Source: Verrucomicrobiia bacterium
GTDB taxonomy: Bacteria > Verrucomicrobiota > Verrucomicrobiia > Palsa-1439
Assembly: GCA_035516795.1 (NCBI GenBank)
Contig: DATIZX010000088.1
Location: 36,750-100,749 of the forward strand
Direction of reading: 5' to 3'
DNA: 64,000 nt
Of this stretch, positions 1 through 10,719 are shown piece by piece; the stretch's first letter is position 1, and each line of letters starts with the position of its first letter. Made by a program: the position numbers and the translations under genes. The notes below the pieces were generated by a model, which made no database searches, was not told the DNA's origin, and worked only from the letters and a program-made list of their open reading frames with translations.

Positions 1-10
1 ATTAATCCTG

Positions 11-2947
11 GTGGTGGCCGCCAGCATCAGCTTTTACACTGCGGCGAGGAACCAGGCCCAACAAGCCACGTTGCAGGTCGCGCATTCCGTGTGCATGAAT
101 CAGGAACGGCAGATCGACGAAACGCGCCAACTCCTGCTTGCACTGTCGCGGTTGCCTGAAGTGCGGGGGGACAACCGGTCCGGATGTCAATCGCTGTTTT
201 CCGATCTCAATGCGCAATATTCGGCTTATGCCAATTTTGGGGTCGCAGATCTTGATGGCAACGTCAGATGCAGCGCCGCACCGGCAAGCGAAAGCGTGAA
301 CATTAGTGATCGTGTTTATTTCCGACGTGCCATTCAATCTCAGGATTTTGCTGTGGGAGATTTTCAAGTGGGTCGGATCACGGGTCTGCCAGGAATCAAT
401 TGCGGCTATCCGATTTGGGATCAAACGGGACGGCTCAAAGGCGTCGTCTTCGCGTCGTTGAATTTGGACTGGATGAAGAGGCAGGTGCTGGTTGCGAACT
501 TGCCTTCGGGGTCAGCCTTTACCGTATTGGACCGGAACGGCACCATCCTGGCCCGCTATCCGGATGAGGGGCAATGGGTCGGAAAACAAATGGCGGAGCT
601 TCCAGACCTGCGCGCCGCGCTTCTCCAGGGCCAGCGCCTGACGGAAGCCAAGGGGATGGATGGCATACCGCGCCTGTACGCCATTGTTCCGATCTCACGG
701 GGACGCGGATTTGTCACGACTGGAGTACCGCGCCGGGTGGTGTTTGCCGCCGCCCAACACGTTCTGCTCAAACATCTATGGATTGTCGCCGCACTGACGC
801 TGTTCATCGTGGCGTTGACGGAAATCGCCGCCAGAATCTTCATTGTCCGCTGGGTAAATCCTTTGCTGCGGACGACGAAACGGCTGAGCGCCAACGATTT
901 GACGGCTCGAGCCAGGGTGGCGGGAGGACCCCGCGAGCTAGAGGAATTGGCGCGGGGATTCGATCAAATGGCGGAATCGCTCCAACGCCGCGAGATGGAT
1001 CAGAAGCGCACAGAAAATTCCCTCCGCGAAAGCGAAGAAATGTTCCGGTCTCTGAGTGCCAGTTCGCCACTCGGCATTTTTACAACCGATCTGGAGGGCC
1101 AATGGACCTATGTGAATCCGCGTTGCCGTCATCTCTTGGGCATCAATTTGACGGAGAGCCTTAGCAGCGGATGGTTGCAGCGAATTCACCCGGAAGACCG
1201 GGGGCGAGTTACGGAACAGTGGCTCGCCTTTATCCGCCGTGGCGGCGAGTTTCTCTTTGAATGCAGAATTGTGAAGCGCAATGGAGTGATTGGCCGCGTA
1301 CAGATCCGTGTTGCCCCTGTCGTTTCCGAGCAGGGGGAAACGACGGGACGGGTGGGAACGGTAGAAGACATCACGGAGCGCAAACAGGCCGAGGAGGCGC
1401 TGGCACTGGAAAGATACTTGCTGGACACCCTGATGCAAAACGTTCCCGACAGCATTTATTTCAAAGACGCGAAGAGCCGCTTTTTACGGATTAACCGGAC
1501 ACATGCCACTCGGCTCGGGTTGGCTGAGCCGTCGCAGGTGGTCGGAAAAACCGACTTCGATTTTTCGGATCCCGAGCGTGCCCAGCAGACCTATCAGGAC
1601 GAATCGGAAATCATCCGCACCGGGCGGGCCCTGGTCGATCAAGAGGAGAAGGAAACACGGCCGGATGGAAAGGAAACCTGGTTGTCCACCACCAAGGCCC
1701 CGCTTTACGATGAAGGAGGTAAGATCGTAGGCACTTTCGGCATTTCCCGCGATATCACGGCGCGTAAACATCTGGAGGAACAATTTCGCCAAGCGCAAAA
1801 AATGGAGGCGATTGGACGCCTGGCGGGAGGTGTGGCCCACGACTTTAACAACATCTTGACGGCGATCATTGGTTACAGCGATCTCGTTCATCGCAAGTTG
1901 GACGAACAGGACCCTTTGCGTTCGTTCGTCGCCGAGATCAGCAAAGCCGGCAACCGCGCCGCCGCGCTGACGCGACAGCTTCTGGCTTTCAGCCGTAAAC
2001 AAATCTTACGACCTGTAATCGTGGATCTGAACACCTTGGTTACGGATTTGGAAAAAATGTTGCGACGGCTCATCGGCGAAGACGTGCAGTTGGAGACCCG
2101 GTGCAGTTCCAATCTCGGGAACGTCCAAGCCGATCCCGGGCAAATTGAGCAGGTCCTGGTGAATCTCTCGGTCAATGCCCGCGATGCCATGCCGAATGGC
2201 GGCAATCTGACCATTGCGACGGCTAAAATCACCTTGGACGACGAAACTGCTGGTCTGCATCCGGACATGAAACCGGGCGAGTACGTGATGCTGGAAGTGC
2301 GCGATACTGGAACGGGAATGACGGAAGAGGTCAGGGCGCACGCTTTCGAGCCGTTCTTCACCACGAAACAGCCGGGCAAGGGAACCGGTTTGGGCCTGGC
2401 CACTTGTTTCGGTATTATCAAGCAGAGTGGCGGCCATATCGATATCGAAACGGAATGGGGCCGAGGTACAACGTTTAAAATCTACCTGCCCCGGGTGGCC
2501 CAGCCCGCGGAATATCATCAGACAATCGTACGGCGGGAAACTCTGCCCAGCGGTTCCGAGACGGTTCTGTTGGTCGAAGACGAACCCAGTGTGCGAAAGA
2601 TCGGTTGCACGGTACTGCGGAGCTTGGGCTACGATGTCATCGAGGCCACTTCCGGAGACGAGGCGATCCGTCTGGTTCAACACGGTCAGGTGAGATCCAT
2701 CGATCTCCTGCTGACCGATGTGGTCATGCCGGAAATGAATGGCAGGGAATTGGCTGATCAGATTCTCATGAGCTTTCCGGAAGCCAGGATCCTGTTCATC
2801 TCAGGGTATGCGGCCGACGCGATTGGTCAGCATGGCGTCTCGGACGCAAACGTAAGCCTGCTCCTGAAGCCGTTTACTGCATCGGTTCTGGCAGCTAAGG
2901 TCCGCGAGGTGTTGGACAGCCAGCCCGCACCTGCTCTCCAGCGCTGA
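11..2947 (+). CDS. Hybrid sensor histidine kinase/response regulator (Cache-like sensor, HAMP, 2x PAS, HisKA, HATPase, REC); probably 5'-truncated by the window edge
   Basis: H-box [13 protein letters not shown]-box [15 protein letters not shown]-boxes DTGTGM and GKGTGLGL, receiver VLLVEDE...LLLTDVVMP. The frame is open back to position 2. Confidence 0.93.
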   Translation: MVAASISFYTAARNQAQQATLQVAHSVCMNQERQIDETRQLLLALSRLPEVRGDNRSGCQSLFSDLNAQYSAYANFGVADLDGNVRCSAAPASESVNISDRVYFRRAIQSQDFAVGDFQVGRITGLPGINCGYPIWDQTGRLKGVVFASLNLDWMKRQVLVANLPSGSAFTVLDRNGTILARYPDEGQWVGKQMAELPDLRAALLQGQRLTEAKGMDGIPRLYAIVPISRGRGFVTTGVPRRVVFAAAQHVLLKHLWIVAALTLFIVALTEIAARIFIVRWVNPLLRTTKRLSANDLTARARVAGGPRELEELARGFDQMAESLQRREMDQKRTENSLRESEEMFRSLSASSPLGIFTTDLEGQWTYVNPRCRHLLGINLTESLSSGWLQRIHPEDRGRVTEQWLAFIRRGGEFLFECRIVKRNGVIGRVQIRVAPVVSEQGETTGRVGTVEDITERKQAEEALALERYLLDTLMQNVPDSIYFKDAKSRFLRINRTHATRLGLAEPSQVVGKTDFDFSDPERAQQTYQDESEIIRTGRALVDQEEKETRPDGKETWLSTTKAPLYDEGGKIVGTFGISRDITARKHLEEQFRQAQKMEAIGRLAGGVAHDFNNILTAIIGYSDLVHRKLDEQDPLRSFVAEISKAGNRAAALTRQLLAFSRKQILRPVIVDLNTLVTDLEKMLRRLIGEDVQLETRCSSNLGNVQADPGQIEQVLVNLSVNARDAMPNGGNLTIATAKITLDDETAGLHPDMKPGEYVMLEVRDTGTGMTEEVRAHAFEPFFTTKQPGKGTGLGLATCFGIIKQSGGHIDIETEWGRGTTFKIYLPRVAQPAEYHQTIVRRETLPSGSETVLLVEDEPSVRKIGCTVLRSLGYDVIEATSGDEAIRLVQHGQVRSIDLLLTDVVMPEMNGRELADQILMSFPEARILFISGYAADAIGQHGVSDANVSLLLKPFTASVLAAKVREVLDSQPAPALQR

Positions 2948-4025
2948 GAACGTTGCCGGCCAACCACCGCAAGGCCGGACCAAACTTCAGCGCGGCCAGC
3001 AGCCAATCGGCCGTCCGCTCGTGGTACATCAAACACCGCACCCACTGGTTTGTCCGCGCCCGCTTTCGATAGAGACGTGCCACCGCTGCGGCATAGGCGG
3101 CCTCCGGACACGGAGAAGTCGCCAGCGCCTCGACCGCCAATTCAGCCGTACGTAGCGCAAAGAAAATGCCCTGACCCGTGAATGGTTCCATGACGCGCAA
3201 GGCATCTCCCACCAGAAATACACCATTTCTGGCTGGCACGTTCATCGGGGTGCGTAACGGGAAAGCGCTATGCCACGGCTCCAGCGGCTCCGCGGTGATG
3301 CCGAGCGCGCGAAAATGTGGATTCCTCTCAACGGTTCTGGCAAACAGCGCCTGGCGATCGTGGTGGAATTGCGCGTTGTGCCGGCCCGTGATGATGCAAA
3401 GATTTGCGCGTTCGGCGTCAAGGCGCACCACTCCACAATAACCGCCTCGGAACAAGTGCAGTTGGACGTTGGAATCGAGAGCCTTGGAGGCCCGGAAATG
3501 CGATTGAAAAGCGACTGGTCCGCTCGTTCGATCGGATATTGATGCCAGACCTGAAGTGCGCGCCACGCCAGAGTGACGCCCGTCGGCGCCAATTAGCCCT
3601 CTTCGCGCAAGGTATCGCCCGGTACGGGTGACAACCTCATTGCCACAGGCGATTCCGTGGACTGTTTCGGACTCGAACACGGTCACGCCGCAATTGCGAG
3701 CGTGCTCCAGCAAACAATCATCGAACAAACTCCGGCGAATGGCGACCATGGCAGGAGAGGCGGGAACGGTCACGGACCTGTTTCTCGAAGTGGTGAAGAC
3801 GGCACCGTCAACTCTTTGCTGCGGCAGAGCCCGGACTTTTTCAGCCGCGCCAAGGCGTTCCAGTACCGGCCAGCAATTGGGATTGATTACGTCACCGCAT
3901 ACTTTGCGACGCGGGAAACGGGCATGTTCGAAAAGCGCGACGCTCATCCCCAATTGCGCGCAGCAGGTGGCCGCAGTTGTTCCAGCGGGACCGCCACCGA
4001 CCACAATAATGTCGAATTTATCCAT
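2895..4025 (-). CDS. NAD(P)/FAD-dependent oxidoreductase, geranylgeranyl-reductase-like
   Basis: Start reassigned to MDKFDIIVVGGGPAG (ATG at 4025). Motifs FPRRKVCGD, GADGRHS, LVGDA..EPFTGQGI. Confidence 0.88.
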   Translation of the reverse strand: MDKFDIIVVGGGPAGTTAATCCAQLGMSVALFEHARFPRRKVCGDVINPNCWPVLERLGAAEKVRALPQQRVDGAVFTTSRNRSVTVPASPAMVAIRRSLFDDCLLEHARNCGVTVFESETVHGIACGNEVVTRTGRYLARRGLIGADGRHSGVARTSGLASISDRTSGPVAFQSHFRASKALDSNVQLHLFRGGYCGVVRLDAERANLCIITGRHNAQFHHDRQALFARTVERNPHFRALGITAEPLEPWHSAFPLRTPMNVPARNGVFLVGDALRVMEPFTGQGIFFALRTAELAVEALATSPCPEAAYAAAVARLYRKRARTNQWVRCLMYHERTADWLLAALKFGPALRWLAGNVLSAGEQVRAGCPTPRGP

Positions 4026-5268
4026 ACTGGCGGAGTACGAGGCTGGCATTGATGCCGCCAAAACCGAAGCTGTTGGAGAGGATGCAATCCGCGCGCGCAG
4101 GTCGCCCCTCATTTGCGACGTAATCGAGATCGCAATCGGGATCCGGATGCGCGAGGTTGAGCGTTGGCGGTAGGTAATCATGGGCGAACGCGAGGCAGCA
4201 AATCGCGGCTTCAATCGCTCCAGAGGCGCCCAAGGCATGGCCATGGAACGGTTTGGTGGAACTGATTGGAATCCGCCGGGCGCGTTCGCCGAAGACATTT
4301 TTGATGGCGAGCGTCTCGGCCTTATCGCCAAGAGGTGTGCCAGTAGCGTGCGCATTGATGTAATCGATACCTTCTGGACCGATCTGCGCGTCCGCCAACG
4401 CGTGTCGCATGCAACGGGCCGCGCACGATCCGTCGGGACGCGGCGCCAGCATGTGATAAGCATCGTTACTGCAGGCGTAGCCCAGGATTTCCCCATAGAT
4501 GCAGGCGTTCCGACGGCGAGCATGTTCGAGTTCTTCAAGAATGAACATGGCAGCTCCTTCACCCATCACAAAGCCGTCGCGGTTCAGATCGAAGGGCCGG
4601 CAAGCGCAGGCCGGCGCATCGTTTTTCCTGCTCATCGCACGCAACACGTCAAACGCCCCGAAGGTCAAAGGCGCCAGCGGGGCTTCGGCCGCGCCGGCCA
4701 CCATTGCCACCGCCTCTCCTTTTTGAATGAATCGAAAGGCTTCTCCCAAGGCAATCGTTCCCGAACCGCAGCTATTGGAATTCGTGCTGCCGGGGCCGGT
4801 AAATCCAAATTCAATCGCAATGTGAGAGCCGCCCGATCCGCCAAACACCAAAAACGCCAGCGCCGGGTTGACGGCGTCCATTCCCTGCCGCATGAACAAT
4901 TCGTGTTGATGCTCGGCCAGCGCCACACCGCCCAGTGCCGAGCCGGTACAAACGCCGACTTGGGAATACGGTGGCTGGCCTTCAACAAGCGATGAGGATC
5001 CATTCCCCGAATCTTCGACGGCCATTTTGGCCGCCACGAGTGCAAACTGCGCAAAACGATCCAACCGTTTCACGCGTCGGGCCGGGAAATAAGCCAGCGG
5101 ATCGAAGTCACTGACTTCTCCGGCGATCTGCGAACCGAACCCCGTCGCATCAAAACGCGTAATGCGGCGGATGCCCGATGTGCCACGGCGTATGCTGTCC
5201 CACAGCTTATCCTCGCCTGTGCCGGCGGCACTAATCACTCCCAGGCCTGTGATCACGACGCGATTCAT
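4018..5268 (-). CDS. Beta-ketoacyl-ACP synthase II-like ketosynthase (FabF family)
   Basis: MNRVVITGLG start; catalytic Cys in TNSNSCGSG, His in INAHATGT, His in HGHALGASGA; C-terminal SNSFGFGG. Confidence 0.92.
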   Translation of the reverse strand: MNRVVITGLGVISAAGTGEDKLWDSIRRGTSGIRRITRFDATGFGSQIAGEVSDFDPLAYFPARRVKRLDRFAQFALVAAKMAVEDSGNGSSSLVEGQPPYSQVGVCTGSALGGVALAEHQHELFMRQGMDAVNPALAFLVFGGSGGSHIAIEFGFTGPGSTNSNSCGSGTIALGEAFRFIQKGEAVAMVAGAAEAPLAPLTFGAFDVLRAMSRKNDAPACACRPFDLNRDGFVMGEGAAMFILEELEHARRRNACIYGEILGYACSNDAYHMLAPRPDGSCAARCMRHALADAQIGPEGIDYINAHATGTPLGDKAETLAIKNVFGERARRIPISSTKPFHGHALGASGAIEAAICCLAFAHDYLPPTLNLAHPDPDCDLDYVANEGRPARADCILSNSFGFGGINASLVLRQYG

Positions 5269-5756
5269 GAGTTTGTGACCCGCTGGTTTGATAGGGCCAT
5301 TCTGCCGGTGTTGAGCGAAGGAGAGGTCCGGCAATCGCCGCGTTCCAGGTATTCCTTGAAGCCGGCCAACGTCCGGGAAGCCACGGGATGGATAAAGTAA
5401 CGGGCGATCAGTCCAGCGTACCAGCGATTCAACTCATGCGAAATACGCACGATCACGCCGTGTTCCGCCGGCGTGTAAGTCCATTTGACCTTCATCCCGC
5501 GTGTAAAAGCTTTCAAATGTTGGAAGTGTAGTTCGCGCGCAGCACTATCCACCTTGAATCGGGACGTCCATTGGATCGGCAGCCAACCGCGCCAGGCAGC
5601 CATTTGCACCAGAGATCCATCGTCTCCCTTTTCAAGAATGCGGACCCAGCGGTAGTGTGGCAGCACTCGTGGCCACAGGAGAAGATTGGCAGTCGTTTGG
5701 AAAATGTTCTCCAAGGGTGCGCGAATGATAATCTCGTTTTGGACCTGAACGTTCAT
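5265..5756 (-). CDS. SRPBCC/START-fold polyketide cyclase/dehydrase family protein
   Basis: N-terminal I.AP...IF......WP..LPHY pattern typical of Polyketide_cyc proteins; ATGA-coupled to both neighbours. Confidence 0.8.
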   Translation of the reverse strand: MNVQVQNEIIIRAPLENIFQTTANLLLWPRVLPHYRWVRILEKGDDGSLVQMAAWRGWLPIQWTSRFKVDSAARELHFQHLKAFTRGMKVKWTYTPAEHGVIVRISHELNRWYAGLIARYFIHPVASRTLAGFKEYLERGDCRTSPSLNTGRMALSNQRVTNS

Positions 5757-6460
5757 TTGTGTCCGACGAGAGACATCCGAAAGAATGGGTGCTGGCGAAT
5801 GGAGAAACCGCTCAGACCGGCACGCCCGGCCAGATCACGCAGTTCGGCGGGAGTAAAAGCCCGCTCACAAGACGCCGGGGCATCGAAGCGCGCGATGGGA
5901 TTGCTGATGACGGTCTGCGCCATGATCTTGCTCAACGCGATTGCGATCCGATTTCTCCTAAGATCGTTGATAATGTAGCCGCCGCGCGCAATATCGTGGA
6001 TCCGCCGCAGGATTGCAACCACCTCACCTTCAGAAAAATGGTGGAGAGTCAGGGAACAAAGTACGAAGTCAAAGCTGTTGGGCCGATACGGAAGATGGAG
6101 CAGGTCTGCTTGTTCCAGGCGAATTTCTGGCCAGCCGTCCACGTTCTCGCGGGCAATCTGGAGGATTTCTGGATTGCGGTCGACGCCGGTAAGCTGCACA
6201 CCGCGGCGGTTGGTCTTGGCCCAGCGCGCGATGGCCCCGGGAACATCAGCGGCGCCGGTACCAAGATCGAGAATGGTCATGGGCTCCTTTTTCGCGAAAG
6301 TTGTCAGGTAACTCAAGGGAATGCGATAACCGCCCAGGTAATGGTTGATCTTTTCGAGAACGCGCAGGTCAGCCCGCAAGAGCGTCGCATCGTTGCCACG
6401 GCGATCCATCATTTCAGGAACGGCAGGATCGAACCGTCGTGGCGGCACGAGGAAACTCAT
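5753..6460 (-). CDS. Class I SAM-dependent methyltransferase
   Basis: ILDLGTGAADVP motif I, FDFVLCSLTLHHF, IINDLRR, N-terminal PEMMDR. Start at 6460 overlaps the upstream stop. Confidence 0.88.
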   Translation of the reverse strand: MSFLVPPRRFDPAVPEMMDRRGNDATLLRADLRVLEKINHYLGGYRIPLSYLTTFAKKEPMTILDLGTGAADVPGAIARWAKTNRRGVQLTGVDRNPEILQIARENVDGWPEIRLEQADLLHLPYRPNSFDFVLCSLTLHHFSEGEVVAILRRIHDIARGGYIINDLRRNRIAIALSKIMAQTVISNPIARFDAPASCERAFTPAELRDLAGRAGLSGFSIRQHPFFRMSLVGHK

Positions 6461-7065
6461 GATGGCTGGAGAGCCAGAAACGCCAGCATGCGTCCGGTCT
6501 TGCCCTTTTCGGCCCGGTAGGAGAAGTAGCGGTCGAGATGACAAGCCGTGCAGATCCGCGGATTATGAATGTCGCGAACCCCACAGTCGTGAAGCTGCTG
6601 CTCGATCGCGCTCCAAAGATCCATTTCGTAATGGCACGGGCCGATGGAAGGACTGACGAAGGCGAGGCAATCGAGCGGTTGGGTGCCGAATGCACGTTGC
6701 ATGGCGATGAGGGCATTGGCGGTCACATGGCCTTGCGTGCCTTTCTTGCCAGAGTGAATGAGGGCAATGGCCGGCGTGATCCGGTCCACAATGAAAACGG
6801 CGGCGCAATCCGCACAACGTACCACGAGGGGGAGGTTTGGCCGGCGTGTAATCAGCGCATCCACATCGTCTATCGACGAGGGGTAGGTAACGATGGCGAC
6901 GGCATTGCCATGCGGTTGCCCGGCGATGACGAATTGAGAGAACCCCAGCGAATGGACCAGGCGTTGCTGAAATTCGTCCGACTTGGTGTCGTCCGTCGTC
7001 CGGAGAGTGAAAGCATGAACCACAAGCCCCAGTTCATCGAGCGGCGCGAAGGTTTCCAATTGCAT
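6457..7065 (-). CDS. pgeF: YfiH/PgeF (laccase-domain, purine nucleoside phosphorylase-like) protein
   Basis: QPHGN, DALIT, VVRCADCAAV, LIHSGKKG, SPSIGPCHYE, FSYRAE..TGRM motifs. Confidence 0.85.
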   Translation of the reverse strand: MQLETFAPLDELGLVVHAFTLRTTDDTKSDEFQQRLVHSLGFSQFVIAGQPHGNAVAIVTYPSSIDDVDALITRRPNLPLVVRCADCAAVFIVDRITPAIALIHSGKKGTQGHVTANALIAMQRAFGTQPLDCLAFVSPSIGPCHYEMDLWSAIEQQLHDCGVRDIHNPRICTACHLDRYFSYRAEKGKTGRMLAFLALQPS

Positions 7066-7069
7066 GGGA

Positions 7070-8422
7070 CTAATCGGCACCACGCACAGTCATGCCGGTC
7101 GCGCGTTCGAGGGCGGCGATGGCGACATTGTAATCGTAAAGTGCCTGTATTTCGTTGGAGCGTGCGTCCGTAAGCGCCGTCTGGGCGCTGAGGACATCGA
7201 GTTGCGTTCCCGTGCCCGCGCGAAAACGCGCCTCGGCCAGGCGCAGACTCTCCTCGGCTTCTTCCACCGTTTTCTTCTGCGCTTCGATCAATTCCAGGGT
7301 TTGGAGATAATCCGAATACGCCTGGCGGACCTCGAGTTCCACCTGGCGCCGCGTGTCGGCGTAATCGAGGTTGGCTTCTTGCAGGGTCGCTCGGGCCTGA
7401 GTCACGCGGCCGCGGGTCTGGAAGCCGTCAAAAATGGCCCAGTTCAACTGCGCGCCTACCGTCCAGCCTTCCCGGATGTCGCTGATCTCGTCGCTGAAAC
7501 TGCTGTTGCGCCAGCCATAATCGGCGAACACCGTTCCTTCGGGCTTGTATCCCGCCGAAGCAACTTTCACGTTCGCCTCGGCAACGCCGATTTGCTGCTC
7601 GGCTTGCAGGAATTCGGGCCGGTGCGCGAGCGCCTGTTGCAGTGCCGTGGACAAAACCCAATTGTGATGAACGTAGGCCAATTCGCCTTTGAAATTGATG
7701 GACGTAAATGCGTTCGTCTGGTTCTGAGAATCGATGGCCAGAAGTTTGACGAGCGCTTGCTTGCTGAGTCGGAGATCGTTCTGCGCGCGGATCAAAGGCG
7801 GCCGGGCGTTTTCCAGTTCGACTTGCGCACGGAGGACGTTAAATCGGGGCACCGAACCCACATCGAAGCGGGACTGGGCGTCACGCAGTTGTTGTTCGAG
7901 AAGCGTGACGGACTGTTCCCGCACCTCAACTTGGGCCCGGTTCAAGAGGATTTGATAAAAATTGGTGCGCACGCTCAGAACGACGTCTGCTACCGCCTTC
8001 TGAAAACCGAGAGCTGCGATCCGATCGGTCAGCTTGGCGGCGCGCAAGGCGGCTCTGACTTTCCCACCGGAATATACCAACTGAGAAATCTCAACCTGGG
8101 CGCTCCAAGGGCGTTCCTGGTTGACGAAGATGCCACTGCTGGCGCCCGGAAAACTGTCAATGCCACTTCTCTGGATTTGTTCATACTGGCCCGAAGCATT
8201 GACTTGCGGGACGGCTTGGGCCCGCACTTCCACGATGACGCCGTGGGTGCGACGAATTTCCTCCTGCGCTTTGAGAATGGACGGATTCTGTTTCAGGGCC
8301 AGATCGAGGCAGTCCTGCAGTGTCAGGGTGCTGGGCAACGGCGGCGGGGAACTGGCGGCCGGAATTGACGAGACGGTTACCAGGAAACTGAGGGCTAGCA
8401 AATTGCAGAGAAGGCGATTCAT
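7070..8422 (-). CDS. TolC-family outer-membrane efflux protein
   Basis: Signal-like N-terminus, LTLQDCLDLALKQNP, two OEP repeats, RFRAGTGTQLDVLSAQ...LERATG. Confidence 0.9.
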   Translation of the reverse strand: MNRLLCNLLALSFLVTVSSIPAASSPPPLPSTLTLQDCLDLALKQNPSILKAQEEIRRTHGVIVEVRAQAVPQVNASGQYEQIQRSGIDSFPGASSGIFVNQERPWSAQVEISQLVYSGGKVRAALRAAKLTDRIAALGFQKAVADVVLSVRTNFYQILLNRAQVEVREQSVTLLEQQLRDAQSRFDVGSVPRFNVLRAQVELENARPPLIRAQNDLRLSKQALVKLLAIDSQNQTNAFTSINFKGELAYVHHNWVLSTALQQALAHRPEFLQAEQQIGVAEANVKVASAGYKPEGTVFADYGWRNSSFSDEISDIREGWTVGAQLNWAIFDGFQTRGRVTQARATLQEANLDYADTRRQVELEVRQAYSDYLQTLELIEAQKKTVEEAEESLRLAEARFRAGTGTQLDVLSAQTALTDARSNEIQALYDYNVAIAALERATGMTVRGAD

Positions 8423-10719
8423 AGTGTTGGACTCGTTGTGGTCTGGTTTGGAATCAGGTTCTGAAAAAGTCCGGCTGGACAATGATAGTTTTGTAGCGCA
8501 GCGTGCTGCATTTGTCTGGCGAGGTCAAACTGTTTCGCTTGCACGAAAATCTGGACGAGCCCCGAGGCGGCGGAACAGAGATGGTTGTGGACGATGGCGC
8601 AGTCGGCGTTGAGACGCAGCTCGTTCCCGTTCTTCACAACCGCGCAACCTTCGCGATCGATTTTGCCATAGATTTCGGCGAGTGCCGATAGAGCATCTTT
8701 GCGGTTGCCATCGATCAACAGGGCTTGCACCAGTGTGACAGCGGCTTCCTCCGGGTGATTTGTGGAAAGATATAGGGAGGCAATGTTCAGATAGAGATCG
8801 GTGGACGTGGGAGTGAGATGGCGCGCCATGGAATACGCATTCAGAGCGTCCTGAAATTGACCCAACCGGGTATAGGTCAGCGCCAGATTGGAATAGATTT
8901 CTTGGTTGCCAATGTCGGGAATCTGATTGGGTGCGCGACCCCGGGCAAGTTCCTTATTGCGGTTGTCCTCGTTGAAGGCATGGTCCGATACCACCGCCTC
9001 CTTGAGCGTCGCGATCGACTTTTCATACCAGGAACGGGCGGACTTTGGGTCGGTCGGCGCCAGCAGGTCCCCTTGAATCCGATAATAAGCTCCCAGGTGG
9101 AGATAAACGATGCTGGCCCGATAGAGCGGTTTGTTGGCAGGTATTTCCTCGATGATCGCACGCGCTTTTTGACCCTCTTCGATGATTCGACCGATGTCTG
9201 GAAAGGCGGGCGGATTCCGATCTTGATCTCGCTCGTAAAGGGCGTAAGCAAGGGATTTATGTGTCTTGAAACTGTCGGGACAGACCTGGACGGCTCTGGT
9301 CCAGAGTTCGACGTCATTTTCCCAGGCAGAATTCCGCCGGTACGACCGCATCCCGCAAGCAGTCACGATCAAAACCAAGACGACCCCGGCGACCAACTGT
9401 GGATTGGCCCGTTGCGATGGGTTGCCGGGAGAAAGTCGTGGAACGATCCATCGGCAAACGGCGTAGGTGGCGATGACGGCACATCCCGCAAAGCCGATGG
9501 ACGGCAAATACATAAACCGTTCGGCCATGATGCTGCCAATAATGAAGACGAGGTTCGATGTGGGGAGGAAAGTCCCAAAGAATAAGAGGATGAAAAACGA
9601 TAAAGGTTTGTTGCGGCGAAAATTGCGGACCGCCACCACGATTACGGCCACCACGCAAATCAGTGCCACCAGCGCCTTGAAATCTTCCCACCGGCCAAAG
9701 AATTGCCAGGTCACCTTTGGAATCTGGTTGAACGAATAATCGCACGACAAGTGCCGCGGCCAGAGCAACAGCCAGAAATACTTGCCGATAACTTTGATCG
9801 CCGTCATACGCGCGGTCCAAAAGCTCCAACCAATCATCGGATTGTCCACAAACGGGAGCTCCGGCGGACGCAACTTCTCGAAGATCCGGCTGCGGACAAT
9901 CCAGAGAAACACAAACGGTGGAGCCAGTGCGACGTATCCCTTGATGGCAAATTCCCGGAAATTTGCCACCAGATTGGCGAGCCAATTCGGACGCTTTCGC
10001 TGCAGCCGATACAAAAAGTCATAAAGCGCCATCAATCCCAGAACCGCCACCGCGCTCTCCTTGCAGAATTCGCCCACAGTTGTAATGAGCATCAGTGCTA
10101 CGAGCCACGGCACCTTGCGCCAACCTTCCACGGTGGTGCTTTTCGCGTAGCATAAAAACCCGCCGATGATCGCAGCAGCGGCGAACAAGTCGGCGCGTCC
10201 CACGATGTTGCTCACCGATTCGGTGACAATGGGATGAGTGGCAAACAGGGCGGCGATGAAGACCGCCGGCCAGAATGTTTCCATGAGCACCAACGCCAGG
10301 AAATACACGAGAACCGCATCAAGCCAATGCGCGAGGAAATTGACCCAGTGATAATCCGTGGAATCGTTCGCGTTCCCGAGAATCGAGTAGTTGAACATGT
10401 AGGAGAGCGTCGTCAACGGCCGGTACAAGCCGCTGACCGCTTTGGGCCACCAATAATCCTGATGGAAAATCAACCCGCGATTCTCGGGTGTATCCTTCCG
10501 CAGTCGTGGGTCGTCTAGAATTATGAATTTATTATCGAGTGCGAAGCCCGTATTGCGCAGGGTGTTGGAAAAGGTGAGGAGCACGACCATGCCCAAGGCG
10601 AGGGCTACGGCAATATGGCGCACCCGTCCCATCGAAGGCCACAAGACCTTCTTTGGGGCCATCGCGTGCCTGGCTGCCTTCATCTTGGAAGTCCGAGGCG
10701 TTTTTTGCGTTCGTTGCAT
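8419..10719 (-). CDS. TMTC-like multi-pass membrane protein with C-terminal TPRs (putative GT-C protein O-glycosyltransferase)
   Basis: FALDNKF/LYRPLTT, HPIVTESV.NIVGRADL, KESA, LSCDYS, AERFMYLPS, W..D..LW, then TPR-like helices. Start uncertain (10719/10686/10665). Confidence 0.78.
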   Translation of the reverse strand: MQRTQKTPRTSKMKAARHAMAPKKVLWPSMGRVRHIAVALALGMVVLLTFSNTLRNTGFALDNKFIILDDPRLRKDTPENRGLIFHQDYWWPKAVSGLYRPLTTLSYMFNYSILGNANDSTDYHWVNFLAHWLDAVLVYFLALVLMETFWPAVFIAALFATHPIVTESVSNIVGRADLFAAAAIIGGFLCYAKSTTVEGWRKVPWLVALMLITTVGEFCKESAVAVLGLMALYDFLYRLQRKRPNWLANLVANFREFAIKGYVALAPPFVFLWIVRSRIFEKLRPPELPFVDNPMIGWSFWTARMTAIKVIGKYFWLLLWPRHLSCDYSFNQIPKVTWQFFGRWEDFKALVALICVVAVIVVAVRNFRRNKPLSFFILLFFGTFLPTSNLVFIIGSIMAERFMYLPSIGFAGCAVIATYAVCRWIVPRLSPGNPSQRANPQLVAGVVLVLIVTACGMRSYRRNSAWENDVELWTRAVQVCPDSFKTHKSLAYALYERDQDRNPPAFPDIGRIIEEGQKARAIIEEIPANKPLYRASIVYLHLGAYYRIQGDLLAPTDPKSARSWYEKSIATLKEAVVSDHAFNEDNRNKELARGRAPNQIPDIGNQEIYSNLALTYTRLGQFQDALNAYSMARHLTPTSTDLYLNIASLYLSTNHPEEAAVTLVQALLIDGNRKDALSALAEIYGKIDREGCAVVKNGNELRLNADCAIVHNHLCSAASGLVQIFVQAKQFDLARQMQHAALQNYHCPAGLFQNLIPNQTTTSPTL

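Noticed and set aside
4026-4562. 179-aa N-terminal extension of the FAD oxidoreductase in the ORF track
   Set aside because: It overlaps the ketosynthase in another frame; the Rossmann motif starts right after ATG 4025.
7064-8368. 434-aa plus-strand ORF opposite tolC
   Set aside because: Antisense shadow of a well-supported gene in GC-rich DNA, with no motifs.
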